Shown: positions 1 through 9,701 of the stretch, piece after piece | Numbering within the stretch: the first letter of the stretch is position 1 | Layout: each line of letters starts with the position of its first letter | Assembly (NCBI GenBank): GCA_951812345.1 | Contig: OX638295.1 | Location: forward strand, 1,582,965-1,646,964 | Direction: 5' to 3' | DNA length: 64,000 bases | From: Rhodothermales bacterium | GTDB taxonomy: Bacteria > Bacteroidota > Rhodothermia > Rhodothermales > VXPQ01 | Notes under the pieces: generated by a model | Database searches by the model: none | Told to the model about the DNA's origin: nothing | What the model saw: the letters and a program-made list of their open reading frames with translations, nothing else | Program-made: the position numbers and the translations under genes

Positions 1-482
1 AGCTGGTGAAAAAAAGGACGTTCGTACGTACCGTCGAATATCTTCAGCGCCAGGTCCAGGGCGCCATCGAAACGTTCGTTGAGCGAAACCATGAGCTCCC
101 GGCTCATGTTTTCATGACGGTAACCCTCAATAAAGGTATGTTCCAGCACATGGGAGAACGGGCCGTGTCCGATGTCGTGCAACATAGCCGCTGCCTGCGC
201 GGCAATGGATTCTTCGGAAGATACAGGCGTTCCCTTGTCGGCAAGATTCGAAAGAGCATCCTGCATCAGGGCCATGGCGCCGAGCGCATGGCCAAACCGC
301 GTATGTTCGGCGCCGGGGAACACGAGATGCCCTATACCCAGTTGGCGGATGCGTCGCAGGCGCTGCATCTCCGGCGTTCCGATCAGATCCATGAGGATGT
401 TTTTCGGAACGGAGATGAACCCGTGCACCGGATCGCAGAATATTTTGAATCGACTTACCATGGATTGCGTGACATGAGGCAT
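1..482 (-). CDS. HD-domain phosphohydrolase (5' part only; the C-terminus lies beyond the left window edge)
   Basis: Not in the supplied track because it runs off the edge. Manual minus-strand translation from ATG 482 (alternative ATG 461) is open to position 1: MPHVTQSMVSRFKIFCDPVHGFISVP..MQRLRRIRQLG..FPGAEHTRFGHALGAM..AAAMLHDIGHGPFSHVLE. This is the H..HD..GHGPFSH signature of HD-superfamily hydrolases. The + ORF 6..572 is its antisense shadow. Confidence 0.85.
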   Translation of the reverse strand, partial: MPHVTQSMVSRFKIFCDPVHGFISVPKNILMDLIGTPEMQRLRRIRQLGIGHLVFPGAEHTRFGHALGAMALMQDALSNLADKGTPVSSEESIAAQAAAMLHDIGHGPFSHVLEHTFIEGYRHENMSRELMVSLNERFDGALDLALKIFDGTYERPFFHQ

Positions 483-547
483 TTCGATAGGAACGCGCGG
501 TCGATCTTCCTGCTCCGAACTTCGAGGCAAGTTACAACCTTGTTACA

Positions 548-2011
548 TTGTCATTCGTACAACCGGACGTGATCGTTTCACGCGGCACCTATATCGCCTG
601 TTGCGTCGACGTGGCGCCCGATTTTGCGTCCCGGGCGAAATACGCCCTGCGGATGCTCATGACACCGCTCGGACTGGAGCCGTGCTGGATCGAGCCTGAT
701 GCCCTCGCCGACGCGGCGCCAGCCGATGCTCCGGTATTGTACTACGGACGGCATGGGACTACGCCGCCGGATCCGCGCATAATTCCGTTTACCCATGCGC
801 CAGGCGCCGCCGTTTTTCTTGCGGGAACATCTCCTTTCGACTCCCGGCATGCGTCCACATGCGAGATTGAGGGGCAACCTGTCTCGGTTTGCTTTGCCGA
901 CGAAAACGGACGTCCGGACATAGTTGCTTCCACGTTCCTGTGGCTGAGCGGTTGGCAGGAGCGGGCGGCGGAAAGATGGGATGAGCACGGGCGCGTTCCA
1001 TTTGCGGACTCGTTGCCGTCGCAGTTGGATACAGCCTGCTTTCCTGTAGTGGACGCCTATCGCGTATGGCTGGCAGAACGGCTTCGGGCCGGAGGCGTAC
1101 CGATCTCGCCTCGCCGGTGGGCGGGGTGCGATTGGGCGTTCTGTTCCACCCACGACGTGGATTACGGAAGTAAATGGCGCCCCGGCATTCTGTATCGCGA
1201 AGGAATAGAGTATTTCGTACAGAATCGCCGGGGGGAATCATTCCGGGAACGCTGCCGGCGCCTTGAGCGCACAGGCCGGCAAATGCTTGCAGGGGATCCG
1301 TTCCGGCGTTCGATCCGGGAAATTCCTCGCGAGGTTGCCTCGCGCAGCGGAACCGCTACGTTCTTCGTAAAAGCAGAGGCCGGTCACCCGCGCGACACAA
1401 GATATCGTCTCGGTTCGCCTTTCCTGAGAAACTGGATGGCCCGGATTTCGCAAGAAGATTTCGAGATCGGCTTGCATCCTTCGTACCGCGCTATCGACGA
1501 GCCGAATCTTTTCGGGCTCGAAAAGAAACGACTGGGACAGGCGTTGGAACGGGTGGGCACGCCCCCTCCCATATCGGTTCGGCAACATTATCTCCGCTTC
1601 GACCCGGCGGCAACTCCCCGGCTGCAGGCCGAGCATGGGTTCCGCATAGACAGTACGCTGGGTTTTGCCGAACACGAAGGGTTCCGGCGCGGCACCTGCA
1701 TGCCGTTCCGATTATACGATCTCGAGGAAGACCGTCCGCTGGACGTGTGGGAGATGCCGCTCGCCGCCATGGATTCCACGCTGTTCGGGCATCGCGGACT
1801 GGATCCCGAAGAGGCCATCCGGGCGACCTCGGGCCTGATGGAGACATGTCGCCGGTACGGGGGCGCGTTCGTGGGACTGTGGCATCCGGTGCTGGGGGAC
1901 GAAATCGACTTTCCGGGATGGGAGAAACACTTTTTCGCAGCGCTGGACGAAGCGAAGCGGGAGGGCGCATGCATCATGGGGTTGGCGCAGGCGTTGGGGG
2001 CGTGGGAATGA
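548..2011 (+). CDS. polysaccharide-deacetylase-like protein (uncharacterised N-terminal domain)
   Basis: 487-aa ORF (TTG 548; in-frame GTG 569 is an alternative start), divergent from the HD gene. The C-terminal half has motifs I associate with polysaccharide deacetylase family proteins (CSTHDVDY, HPSY, RQHYLRF, DSTLGF). The function call rests on motif memory only. Confidence 0.6.
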   Translation: MSFVQPDVIVSRGTYIACCVDVAPDFASRAKYALRMLMTPLGLEPCWIEPDALADAAPADAPVLYYGRHGTTPPDPRIIPFTHAPGAAVFLAGTSPFDSRHASTCEIEGQPVSVCFADENGRPDIVASTFLWLSGWQERAAERWDEHGRVPFADSLPSQLDTACFPVVDAYRVWLAERLRAGGVPISPRRWAGCDWAFCSTHDVDYGSKWRPGILYREGIEYFVQNRRGESFRERCRRLERTGRQMLAGDPFRRSIREIPREVASRSGTATFFVKAEAGHPRDTRYRLGSPFLRNWMARISQEDFEIGLHPSYRAIDEPNLFGLEKKRLGQALERVGTPPPISVRQHYLRFDPAATPRLQAEHGFRIDSTLGFAEHEGFRRGTCMPFRLYDLEEDRPLDVWEMPLAAMDSTLFGHRGLDPEEAIRATSGLMETCRRYGGAFVGLWHPVLGDEIDFPGWEKHFFAALDEAKREGACIMGLAQALGAWE

Positions 2012-2090
2012 TGCAGCCTGTGTGGAACAGAGAACAAGCTGTTCGCTTATTGCTCCGGGAAGAGGTCGTTTGACATAAGGGATATCTAAA

Positions 2091-2691
2091 GGATAGAGGT
2101 GGTTCGGGTTGAAAGCGCATATCGGAACCGACACGCAGGGCTATGTGCACAGCGTAGAGGTGACGGCTGCGAACGTGCACGACGTGACGATGATGGAACA
2201 TTGTCTTCACGGCGAGCAGAAGGAGATATACGCCGACAAGGGCTATGCGTGCCGAAAGCGCAACGAGCAGGCCGAGTCGCAAGGCGTCGCCTGGCGGGTG
2301 TTGCGCAAGGCGGCCAGAGGCAGGAAACTGACATGCGCGGACGCTTCGTTCAATCGCAAGAGCAACCGCACTCGTGCGCGCGTGGAGCATCCCTTCGGGG
2401 TGGTCAAGCATCTTTGGGGTTACCGCAAGACGCGCTACCGGGGGTTGCGCAAGAACGCGGCGCAGGTCTATACGCTGTTTGCGCTGGCGAATTTCTACAT
2501 GGCGCGCAAGAAATTGACGGCTGTCGCGGGATAGATATGCCCGGGCGCCCCGTTTGGGGGCGTTCGGGGCGCGAAAACACGACAATATCGACGATTTAAC
2601 GTTGGATTCGACCCAAAATCGATCCCTTTACGCATCGAAATCTTCAACACCTTCAATCTGACCCCCAAACACCGGATTGATCAGAGTATCC
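2091..2691 (+). mobile_element. internally deleted IS5-family insertion sequence remnant (about 0.6 kb)
   Basis: Contains only the 3' half of a DDE transposase gene. The right terminus ..GATCAGAGTATCC (ends at 2691) is followed by TTAA. The same terminus bounds the MITE-like copies at 29.6 and 31.5 kb. The left boundary is uncertain: GGATAG at 2091 matches only the first 5 nt of the terminal repeat. Confidence 0.6.
2109..2534 (+). pseudogene. truncated IS5-family DDE transposase (C-terminal ~140 aa only)
   Basis: The translation carries the typical IS5-group C-terminal catalytic region: (RWFG)LKAHIGTD..VHSVEVTAANVHD..YADKGY..RTRARVEHPFGVVK..GYRKTRYRGLRKN. An in-frame stop at 2094-2096 sits directly before the point where the homology starts, and the N-terminal ~180 aa (including the first catalytic D) are absent. 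Confidence 0.8.
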
Positions 2692-2774
2692 TTAAGAAGA
2701 TCGGCTATTAAATCGAAGGTACAAACAGGAAACACCCGCTTGCAAGTGTTGAAAAAAATATCTGCGGAGGGGGC

Positions 2775-2816
2775 AAAAACAAAAAAACCGGCGCCCCCTG
2801 TCGGGAATGCCGGTTT
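2775..2816 (-). terminator. intrinsic terminator downstream of tRNA-fMet
   Basis: Minus strand reads AAACCGGC-(loop attcccgacagggggc)-GCCGGTTT followed by TTTTTGTTTTTG. This is a perfect 8-bp GC-rich stem plus a U-tract, starting about 6 nt after the tRNA 3' end. Confidence 0.75.
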
Positions 2817-2822
2817 CTGTTG

Positions 2823-2895
2823 TAGCGGGGGCGGGATTTGAACCCGCGACCTCCGGGTTATGAGCCCGGTGAGCTACCAGCTGCTCCACCCCGCG
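2823..2895 (-). tRNA. initiator tRNA-fMet (anticodon CAT)
   Basis: Minus strand reads CGCGGGGTGGAGCAGCTGGTAGCTCACCGGGCTCATAACCCGGAGGTCGCGGGTTCAAATCCCGCCCCCGCTA. It folds as a cloverleaf (7/4/5/5 stems). Initiator hallmarks are a C1 mismatch at the top of the acceptor stem and three consecutive G:C pairs closing the CUCAUAA anticodon loop. CCA is not encoded. Confidence 0.95.
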
Positions 2896-3118
2896 ATGTT
2901 ACTGTGAGATAGTGTAGCCCGCATGGTACTGATTTGTTCCAGCAAGAGCAAGAAAGCAGCGATTCCGGCGTTATGAGCATGTCAGGGGCGGTACCCGGCG
3001 TCTGGCATACACTTGCTTTATGCGGTGGGGGATAAGAGGAACAGGGGGTGGAACCCCTCGATTCGCCGCACCGTAAGGCTCGTCGACACGTTGTTTCCAT
3101 AAGCACTTCGGTACACGC

Positions 3119-3805
3119 ATGCCCTTTTCCTATTTTACCCCTGCAACGTTCCGGTTTCTCGACGACTTGGCGGCAAACAACGATCGGGACTGGTTCCAGG
3201 CCAACAAGAGCCGCTATGAGGGAGAGGTGAAAGACCCGGCGCTGCGGTTCATTGCGGATTTTGCGCCGCACCTGCAGGAAATCAGCCCGCATTTCCGGGC
3301 CGATCCAAGGGCCAACGGCGGTTCGCTCTTCCGTATCTACCGGGACACGCGCTTTTCCAAGGACAAAAGCCCGTACAAAACCCATACGGGCATCCATTTT
3401 CGCCACGAGTCGGCCAAAGACGCACATACCCCCGGTTTTTACCTCCATATCGAGCCGGGAGGATCCTTTGCGGGGTGCGGCATATGGCGCCCCGGCTCAC
3501 CGACGCTGACCATGATCCGTCAGGCCATCGCGGACGACCCGGACGCATGGGTGCAGGCGCGGGACGATGCGGGGTTCCGGTCGGCGTTCGAGTTGTCCGG
3601 CGATTCGCTGAAGAGGGCGCCTCGGGGCGTCGATCCGGATCATCCGATGATCGAAGACCTGAAGCGGAAGGATTTTATCGGGGTGACGTCGCTTGGGAAC
3701 GATGCGATCGTTTCGGACAGCTTCCTCGACGATTTTGCGGAGTTATGCCGGAACGCATCCCCCTTCCAGCAGTGGTTGTGCGAGGCGCTGGGGGCAGCGT
3801 ACTAA
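3119..3805 (+). CDS. DUF2461 (TIGR02453) family protein
   Basis: 228-aa ORF. The N-terminus F.FL..L..NN.R.WF..NK..Y and the motif RIYRDTRFSKDKSPYK..GFY are characteristic of this family. Confidence 0.85.
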   Translation: MPFSYFTPATFRFLDDLAANNDRDWFQANKSRYEGEVKDPALRFIADFAPHLQEISPHFRADPRANGGSLFRIYRDTRFSKDKSPYKTHTGIHFRHESAKDAHTPGFYLHIEPGGSFAGCGIWRPGSPTLTMIRQAIADDPDAWVQARDDAGFRSAFELSGDSLKRAPRGVDPDHPMIEDLKRKDFIGVTSLGNDAIVSDSFLDDFAELCRNASPFQQWLCEALGAAY

Positions 3806-3833
3806 ACGTGCGAACTCTGAACGGGATAAGAAA

Positions 3834-4358
3834 ATGCTCCAGAAACAACCCACATGGAAATGGTTTGCGGCCCTGATCGGGGTAGCCCTTATTGGAAGCT
3901 GGTGCCCGGAAGCACTGGGCCAGGCGGAAACAGAAGAGGGGAAGACAGAAAAGGAGGTGCGCCCGAAGCCGTTGAAAAGCGCCCCGTTGGAAGCGCCGTC
4001 GCAAGGGCCCGTAGAGCAACTGTCGAAAGCATCTGAAGATAAGGTTGGGATTATCATGCCTGAACTGATCGGGGGAATGATGTCCGTGGCCCGGGAAATA
4101 CAATATCCAGCATCCGCGCGTATGAGCGGTATTCAGGGAGTTGTCTATTTATCGTTTGTCGTCAATGAACAGGGGCTTGTAGAGCAAGCCGTAGTTGAGA
4201 GAGGCGTTGGCGGCGGTTGCGACGAGGAAGCCCTTCGCGTTTTGCATCTGGCACGGTTCAAGCCGGGCATACAGGTGGAACGAAGTCCTGATGGCGACCT
4301 TGTCCGCAAGCCGGTGAAGGTTCAGATGTCGCTTCCGATAACGTTCAGGTTGAAGTAA
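3834..4358 (+). CDS. TonB C-terminal-domain protein
   Basis: Start refined to ATG 3834 (MLQKQPTWKWFAALIGVALIG gives a signal/anchor). A Pro/Glu/Lys-rich linker is followed by the TonB_C pattern IQYPASARMSGIQGVVYLSFVVNEQG..ALRVL..ARFKPG..PITFRL. Confidence 0.75.
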   Translation: MLQKQPTWKWFAALIGVALIGSWCPEALGQAETEEGKTEKEVRPKPLKSAPLEAPSQGPVEQLSKASEDKVGIIMPELIGGMMSVAREIQYPASARMSGIQGVVYLSFVVNEQGLVEQAVVERGVGGGCDEEALRVLHLARFKPGIQVERSPDGDLVRKPVKVQMSLPITFRLK

Positions 4359-4461
4359 ATGACGTCCGCGCGCATACTCACTACCCAAACGCAATAACGT
4401 GGCAGTACCCGCCATTCGGTAGCCGAAAACATCTTTAGGAAAAGACTTCAGGAGAAAACAT

Positions 4462-5577
4462 ATGGGTGCAACCGAAAACGGCGCCTCTGCCGCAGGGATG
4501 GTCCGTAGAGAGGATACGATAGTCATTGCTCTCGCTATTCTGGCGGCCCTTGCCGTAAAAATCCCGGCGCTGTTCGGGCTGGAAATACACGAGGAAAACG
4601 TAGTGTTCTATGCGCGCAACGTCGGCCTTTTCGTGCTGCCGTTTCTCGCCGGATACTTTGCATGGAAGCGTACCCTGGGCGTCCGGAATTGCCTGTGGAT
4701 AGCGGCGCCGTTTGCGGCGGCGGCCGTTCTGGTCAACGTATTCCCGTTCGAGCCGGAAGCCGCCACCGAACTCCTGGCTATACTGCACCTGCCTATAGCG
4801 CTCTGGCTCGTCATCGGAATCGCTTATGCGGGAGGAGCGTGGGGAGATAGCGCCCGGCGCATGGATTTCGTCCGATTCTCGGGCGAGTTTTTCATTTACT
4901 ATGTGCTCATTGCGCTGGGCGGCGGCGTCCTGACGGCCCTTACGATGTTCATGTTCACCGCTATCGGCCTGGACCCCGAATGGTTCGTACAGAACTGGCT
5001 TATCCCTTGCGGGGCGGTTGGAGCGGTCCTCATAGCCGCCTGGCTGGTGGAAACGAAGCAGAACATCATGGCGAACTTTGCGCCACTGCTGACTCGCCTC
5101 TTCACGCCGCTTTTCGCGATCGTGCTGCTCGTTTTTCTGGGGTCCATGCTGTGGACCGGAAATAACATCAGTATGGAGCGCGAAGCCCTCATCGGATGCG
5201 ACCTGTTGCTTGTGGTGGTTCTCGGCCTGCTTCTTTATGCCGTATCGGCGCGGGATCCCGAGAAAAAGCCGGGCGCGTTCGACATCTTTCAACTGGTGCT
5301 TGTGGTCTCGGCGCTGATCGTGGACGTTGTGGCGCTGACGGCCATCGTGGCCCGCATATCGGAGTTCGGGTTCAGTCCGAACAAGGTGGCTGCGCTGGGC
5401 ATGAACCTTATCCTGCTGGTCAATCTTGCCTGGTCGGCCTGGCTGTATGTACGATTTCTGCGAGGCGCCGGACCCTTCACTGCCCTGGAGCGCTGGCAGA
5501 CCGACTACCTCCCGGTGTATGCTGTCTGGGCAGGGCTCGTGGCGGTCGCGTTTCCGCCGCTGTTCGGGTATGTATAG
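4462..5577 (+). CDS. polytopic membrane protein, function unknown
   Basis: 371-aa ORF with about 10 hydrophobic segments. I recognise no catalytic motif. Confidence 0.65.
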   Translation: MGATENGASAAGMVRREDTIVIALAILAALAVKIPALFGLEIHEENVVFYARNVGLFVLPFLAGYFAWKRTLGVRNCLWIAAPFAAAAVLVNVFPFEPEAATELLAILHLPIALWLVIGIAYAGGAWGDSARRMDFVRFSGEFFIYYVLIALGGGVLTALTMFMFTAIGLDPEWFVQNWLIPCGAVGAVLIAAWLVETKQNIMANFAPLLTRLFTPLFAIVLLVFLGSMLWTGNNISMEREALIGCDLLLVVVLGLLLYAVSARDPEKKPGAFDIFQLVLVVSALIVDVVALTAIVARISEFGFSPNKVAALGMNLILLVNLAWSAWLYVRFLRGAGPFTALERWQTDYLPVYAVWAGLVAVAFPPLFGYV

Positions 5578-5732
5578 GATACATCCCGCGCCCTTATCGT
5601 TTGCTGGGCTCTCGATACCCCTCTTCTTAACCGCTTATTCGCCGCTATCCCGCTGCACAGGAACAGGGCATTTCCGAAATTGTACCGGACTGTTTTTTGT
5701 GCACTATTCCGGGTTCTTCCCGGCTCCTTCCC

Positions 5733-6944
5733 ATGGCGGTTCTGCACCCTTTTCGCGCTCTTCGTCCCGTTCCCGACAAGGCGGCGGAGGTGGCTTCCGT
5801 GCCCTACGATGTGGTCGATACGGCAGAAGCCCGCGCTCTTGCCGAAGGACGCCCGCTGAGCTTTTTGCATGTCGTTCGTCCGGAAATCGACCTGCCGGCA
5901 GGCGCCGATGAATATGCCCCGGAAACGTATGAACGCGGCGCCGCCAATCTGCGGGCATTCGCCGGAAACGGCGCCTCGGTGCAGGACGAGCCGTCCGTGT
6001 ATATCTACCGCCTGGAAATGGAGGGCCGTACGCAAACCGGCGTATTCGGGTGCGTATCGGTGGAGGAATACGACAATGGGATCATCCTGAAGCACGAAAA
6101 AACGCGCCCAAAGAAGGAGACGGACCGCGTCCGCCATATCGTGACCCAACAGGCGCATGCCGAGCCGGTCATGATGACCTACCGGAACGCGGATCGAATC
6201 GATGCTTTGGTGGCCTCCGAAACGGCTTCGGAGCCGCTCTACGACTTCACGGCGGAGGATGGCGTCCGCCACACGATCTGGAAAGCGAAGCAGCGGAAAG
6301 AACTGGTGGATGCCTTCGAGGGTGTTGAACACCTGTATATTGCGGACGGGCATCATCGGTGCGCCGCGGCGTCGCGGGCGGCGGCGGAGATGCGCGAAGC
6401 ATCTGCCGGACTACCGGAGGCGGAATTTTTCCCGGCGGTGCTGTTTCCCATGAGCGAACTGCGCATTCTCGCCTACAACCGCATCGTACGCAAACTGCCT
6501 GCCCCGGCAGACGGGTTTCTGGACAGGCTCGCCGCCCGGTTTGCCCTGTCTGTGGATTCCGGGGAGAAAACGCCTGCCGAACCGGGCAGCGTATGTCTGT
6601 ACCTGGACGGAAGATGGCATACGATGTCGCTTCCGGCGACGGAACGCGACGAAGTAGCCGACACACTCGATGTGGCGCGGCTCAGCGAGCATCTACTGGA
6701 ACCCGAATTCGGCATCATGGATCAGCGTCTGGATCCGAACATCGACTTCGTAGGAGGCATTCGCGGTACGGCCGAACTGGAACGGCTGGTCGATTCCGGG
6801 CGGGCGGAACTGGCCATCTCCATGTACCCGACCAGCGTGGAGGAACTGCTCGCCGTGTCGAATGCGGGTCTCCTTATGCCGCCTAAATCCACATGGTTCG
6901 AACCGAAGCTTCGCAGCGGACTGCTGGTGCATTTGTTCGAATAG
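5733..6944 (+). CDS. DUF1015 family protein
   Basis: Start refined to ATG 5733 (MAVLHPFRALRP). Family signatures present: PYDVV, GIILKHEKTRP, ADGHHR. It lies upstream of serC, a pairing I recall as common. Confidence 0.85.
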   Translation: MAVLHPFRALRPVPDKAAEVASVPYDVVDTAEARALAEGRPLSFLHVVRPEIDLPAGADEYAPETYERGAANLRAFAGNGASVQDEPSVYIYRLEMEGRTQTGVFGCVSVEEYDNGIILKHEKTRPKKETDRVRHIVTQQAHAEPVMMTYRNADRIDALVASETASEPLYDFTAEDGVRHTIWKAKQRKELVDAFEGVEHLYIADGHHRCAAASRAAAEMREASAGLPEAEFFPAVLFPMSELRILAYNRIVRKLPAPADGFLDRLAARFALSVDSGEKTPAEPGSVCLYLDGRWHTMSLPATERDEVADTLDVARLSEHLLEPEFGIMDQRLDPNIDFVGGIRGTAELERLVDSGRAELAISMYPTSVEELLAVSNAGLLMPPKSTWFEPKLRSGLLVHLFE

Positions 6945-7028
6945 TATCGAATCTCTCTCGTTTTCTTGCCGTAGCACTGTTTTCCGAAGGCTACAGCTCC
7001 TTGATAATTTCCTCGCCTGTACCCTGCC

Positions 7029-8099
7029 ATGCGCTTGCATAATTTTTCCGCCGGTCCCGGGGCGCTTCCGGAGGCCGTACTGCTGGAAATGAAAGAAGAA
7101 CTCCCGGTGTATGGCGATCTGGGCGCATCCGTCCTCGAGATCAGTCATCGCTCTGCGGCCTATACGCAGATCGAACAGGACGCCAAAGAACGTATTCGGC
7201 GTCTCCTGAACATCGGCGACGAATGGCATGTGCTCTTCCTGCAAGGGGGGGCGTCCATGCAGTTTCACCAGGTACCGTTAAATTTCCGGGGAGAGGAAGC
7301 CTCAGCGGATTATGTGGTGACGGGGCGCTGGGCGGCGAATGCGCTGAAAGAAGCACAGCGTACGGGGATGGCACGAGCCGCGGCGTCGAGCGAGGACCAG
7401 AATTTTGCATACATCCCGGCGCCGAGCGCATGGGATGTTGACCCCGAGGCGGCATACCTGCACATCACCTCGAACAACACGGTGGTGGGAACGCAGTTCG
7501 CGGAAGTCCCCCACGTCGATCCGCCCATCGTATGCGACGCGTCCAGCGATTTCCTGAGCCGCCCGATCGACATGGCGAACCACGCGCTGATCTATGCGGG
7601 CGCGCAAAAGAATATCGGTCCGGCAGGCGCCACGGTCGTACTCGTCCACGACCGTTTCCTGCAGCGCAGCAACGAATCGCTTCCCGTTATTCTGGATTAC
7701 GGGGTTCATGCGAAAAAGTTACACAATACACCTCCCGTCTTCGCCGTGTACCTCATAGGCAAGGTACTGGCATGGCTGGAAGCGAAGGGGGGACTTGCGG
7801 CCATCGAGAAGATAAACGAGCGAAAAGCCGCCAAACTGTATGCCCGCATCGACCGAACGGATTTCTACCGAGGGACAGCGCACAAAGACGCCCGCTCGCG
7901 TATGAATGTGACGTTCCGCCTGCCCTCGGAAGACCTGGAAGCACGTTTTCTGTCTGGAGCGCACGAGCGGGGATTGCTGGCGCTGAAAGGACACCGTTCG
8001 GTGGGAGGGATGCGCGCCTCGCTGTACAATGCGTGCCCGGAAGAGTCCGTGGATGCACTTATTGCCTTTATGGACGATTTCGAGAGAGGCCGCGGGTGA
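7029..8099 (+). CDS. serC: 3-phosphoserine aminotransferase
   Basis: 356 aa: NFSAGPGALPEAVL..EISHRS..FLQGGAS.QF. Length is typical for SerC. Confidence 0.93.
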   Translation: MRLHNFSAGPGALPEAVLLEMKEELPVYGDLGASVLEISHRSAAYTQIEQDAKERIRRLLNIGDEWHVLFLQGGASMQFHQVPLNFRGEEASADYVVTGRWAANALKEAQRTGMARAAASSEDQNFAYIPAPSAWDVDPEAAYLHITSNNTVVGTQFAEVPHVDPPIVCDASSDFLSRPIDMANHALIYAGAQKNIGPAGATVVLVHDRFLQRSNESLPVILDYGVHAKKLHNTPPVFAVYLIGKVLAWLEAKGGLAAIEKINERKAAKLYARIDRTDFYRGTAHKDARSRMNVTFRLPSEDLEARFLSGAHERGLLALKGHRSVGGMRASLYNACPEESVDALIAFMDDFERGRG

Positions 8100-8190
8100 T
8101 ATACGGTACCCTTCGTATATTCCGGTCGTCTCATGCACGGGAGCATTTCGCTCGCGTCGCCTGCATGACAGAATCTCTATTCCGGGGCGT

Positions 8191-9324
8191 ATGGCGCTAA
8201 CGATTGGTGTTCCCAAGGAGGTCGCCGCCGGTGAACGGCGCGTGGCCGTCGTTCCCGAGGTGGTTCGAAAGTTCTCGAGCGCGGGATTCGAGGTTCTCGT
8301 GGAAGCGGGGGCCGGCGAGGAGGCATACTTTACCGATGATGCATTTCGGGAAGCCGGCGCACGGATAGGCAAAGGAGGCGAAGCACTCGGCGCCGATATT
8401 GTCCTCAAAGTCACCCCGCCTTCGGAATCCGAGATCGGGAAAATGAAATCCGGTAGCGTCTTGTTGGGCCTGCTGGATCCGCTGGGCATGCCCGCATTAT
8501 CATTGAAGTTGGCCAGCCGTTCCGTGACGGCGCTCAGCATGGAGTTGGCGCCCCGGATATCTCGTGCGCAAAAGATGGATGCGCTTTCCGCCATGAGCAG
8601 TGTAGCCGGGTATCAGGCCGTGCTGCAGGCCGCCACGGCATTGCCCCGGTTTTTTCCACTCCTTACTACGGCGGCAGGCACCGTGAAGCCGGCGAATGTG
8701 CTGGTGCTGGGAGCGGGCGTTGCCGGACTACAGGCCATCGCCACGGCAAGGCGGCTCGGAGCGCGTGTGTCTGCCTACGATATCCGCGATGCAGCGCAAG
8801 AGGAAGTTCGCAGCCTCGGCGCAAAGTTCGTGGAATTGGCTTTCGAAACGCAACAGGACGCCGATACGGGCGGATACGCTACAGCGTTGACCGAGGAAAA
8901 AGCGGCGCAACAAACGGCCTTGCTGGTTCCGTACATTGGAGCGGCGGATGTGGTGATCTCGACGGCGCTGGTGCCGGGCCGCTCTGCACCTGTCCTCATT
9001 ACGGACGAGGCATTACAAGCCATGAAGCCGGGATCCGTGGTGGTCGATCTGGCGGCGGCGGGCGGGGGCAACTGTACAGCTACGAAACCCGGAGAAACCG
9101 TTACCGTGCATGGCGTACGTATCTTTGGGCCGCTCGATCTGCCGTCGGAAGCTCCGATCGACGCCAGTGCCATGTATGCACGCACGCTGTTTGCTGTCCT
9201 TGCGGAATTTTCCGACGGCGAGACATTCCGCCCGGATTTCGACAACGAGATTTTCAAGGGTATGTGCGTGACGCACGAGGGACAGGTTGTGCACGAACGC
9301 GTCCGCACTCTGCTCGATACATAG
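8191..9324 (+). CDS. pntAA: NAD(P) transhydrogenase subunit alpha, part 1
   Basis: Start refined to ATG 8191 (MALTIGVPKE..GERRVA). It has the AlaDH/PNT fold and the Rossmann motif VLVLGAGVAGLQAIATARRLGA. Confidence 0.9.
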   Translation: MALTIGVPKEVAAGERRVAVVPEVVRKFSSAGFEVLVEAGAGEEAYFTDDAFREAGARIGKGGEALGADIVLKVTPPSESEIGKMKSGSVLLGLLDPLGMPALSLKLASRSVTALSMELAPRISRAQKMDALSAMSSVAGYQAVLQAATALPRFFPLLTTAAGTVKPANVLVLGAGVAGLQAIATARRLGARVSAYDIRDAAQEEVRSLGAKFVELAFETQQDADTGGYATALTEEKAAQQTALLVPYIGAADVVISTALVPGRSAPVLITDEALQAMKPGSVVVDLAAAGGGNCTATKPGETVTVHGVRIFGPLDLPSEAPIDASAMYARTLFAVLAEFSDGETFRPDFDNEIFKGMCVTHEGQVVHERVRTLLDT

Positions 9325-9383
9325 CGTATCAGGATATAGACGTTTCGCACACTACCCATGTACTTCCAATCCGGTTCATTCCG

Positions 9384-9689
9384 ATGCTGAGCAATCTGGT
9401 CATATTCATTCTGGCGGCATTTATCGGCTTCGAGTTAATCAGCAAGGTGCCGCAGACCTTGCACACACCGCTCATGTCCGGTACGAATGCGATCAGCGGC
9501 ATTACCATTGTAGGAGCCCTTGTGGCAACGGGGATGATTGAGAGCCCCTGGGCCAAATGGATTGGATTTGCGGCGCTTGTCGTCGCCACGATCAACGTGG
9601 TCGGAGGCTTTCTCGTCACGGATCGGATGCTGCAAATGTTCAAGCCAAAGCGGCGCGACAGCAAGGAACCCTCCAGTAACGCCGCCTGA
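9384..9689 (+). CDS. pntAB: NAD(P) transhydrogenase subunit alpha, part 2 (membrane)
   Basis: Start refined to ATG 9384. 101 aa with three TM helices (LHTPLMSGTNAISGI), located between pntAA and pntB. Confidence 0.9.
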   Translation: MLSNLVIFILAAFIGFELISKVPQTLHTPLMSGTNAISGITIVGALVATGMIESPWAKWIGFAALVVATINVVGGFLVTDRMLQMFKPKRRDSKEPSSNAA

Positions 9690-9701
9690 CGCTTCGCCAC
9701 C

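Noticed and set aside
6-572. 188-aa + strand ORF at the left edge
   Set aside because: It is the antisense shadow of a clear HD-domain gene on the minus strand (HDIGHGPFSH motif). Its own translation has no recognisable features.
2692-3448. Minus-strand ORFs 2692-2889 (65 aa) and 2858-3448 (196 aa)
   Set aside because: They overlap the tRNA-fMet gene and the well-supported DUF2461 gene respectively. These are GC-rich open-frame artefacts.
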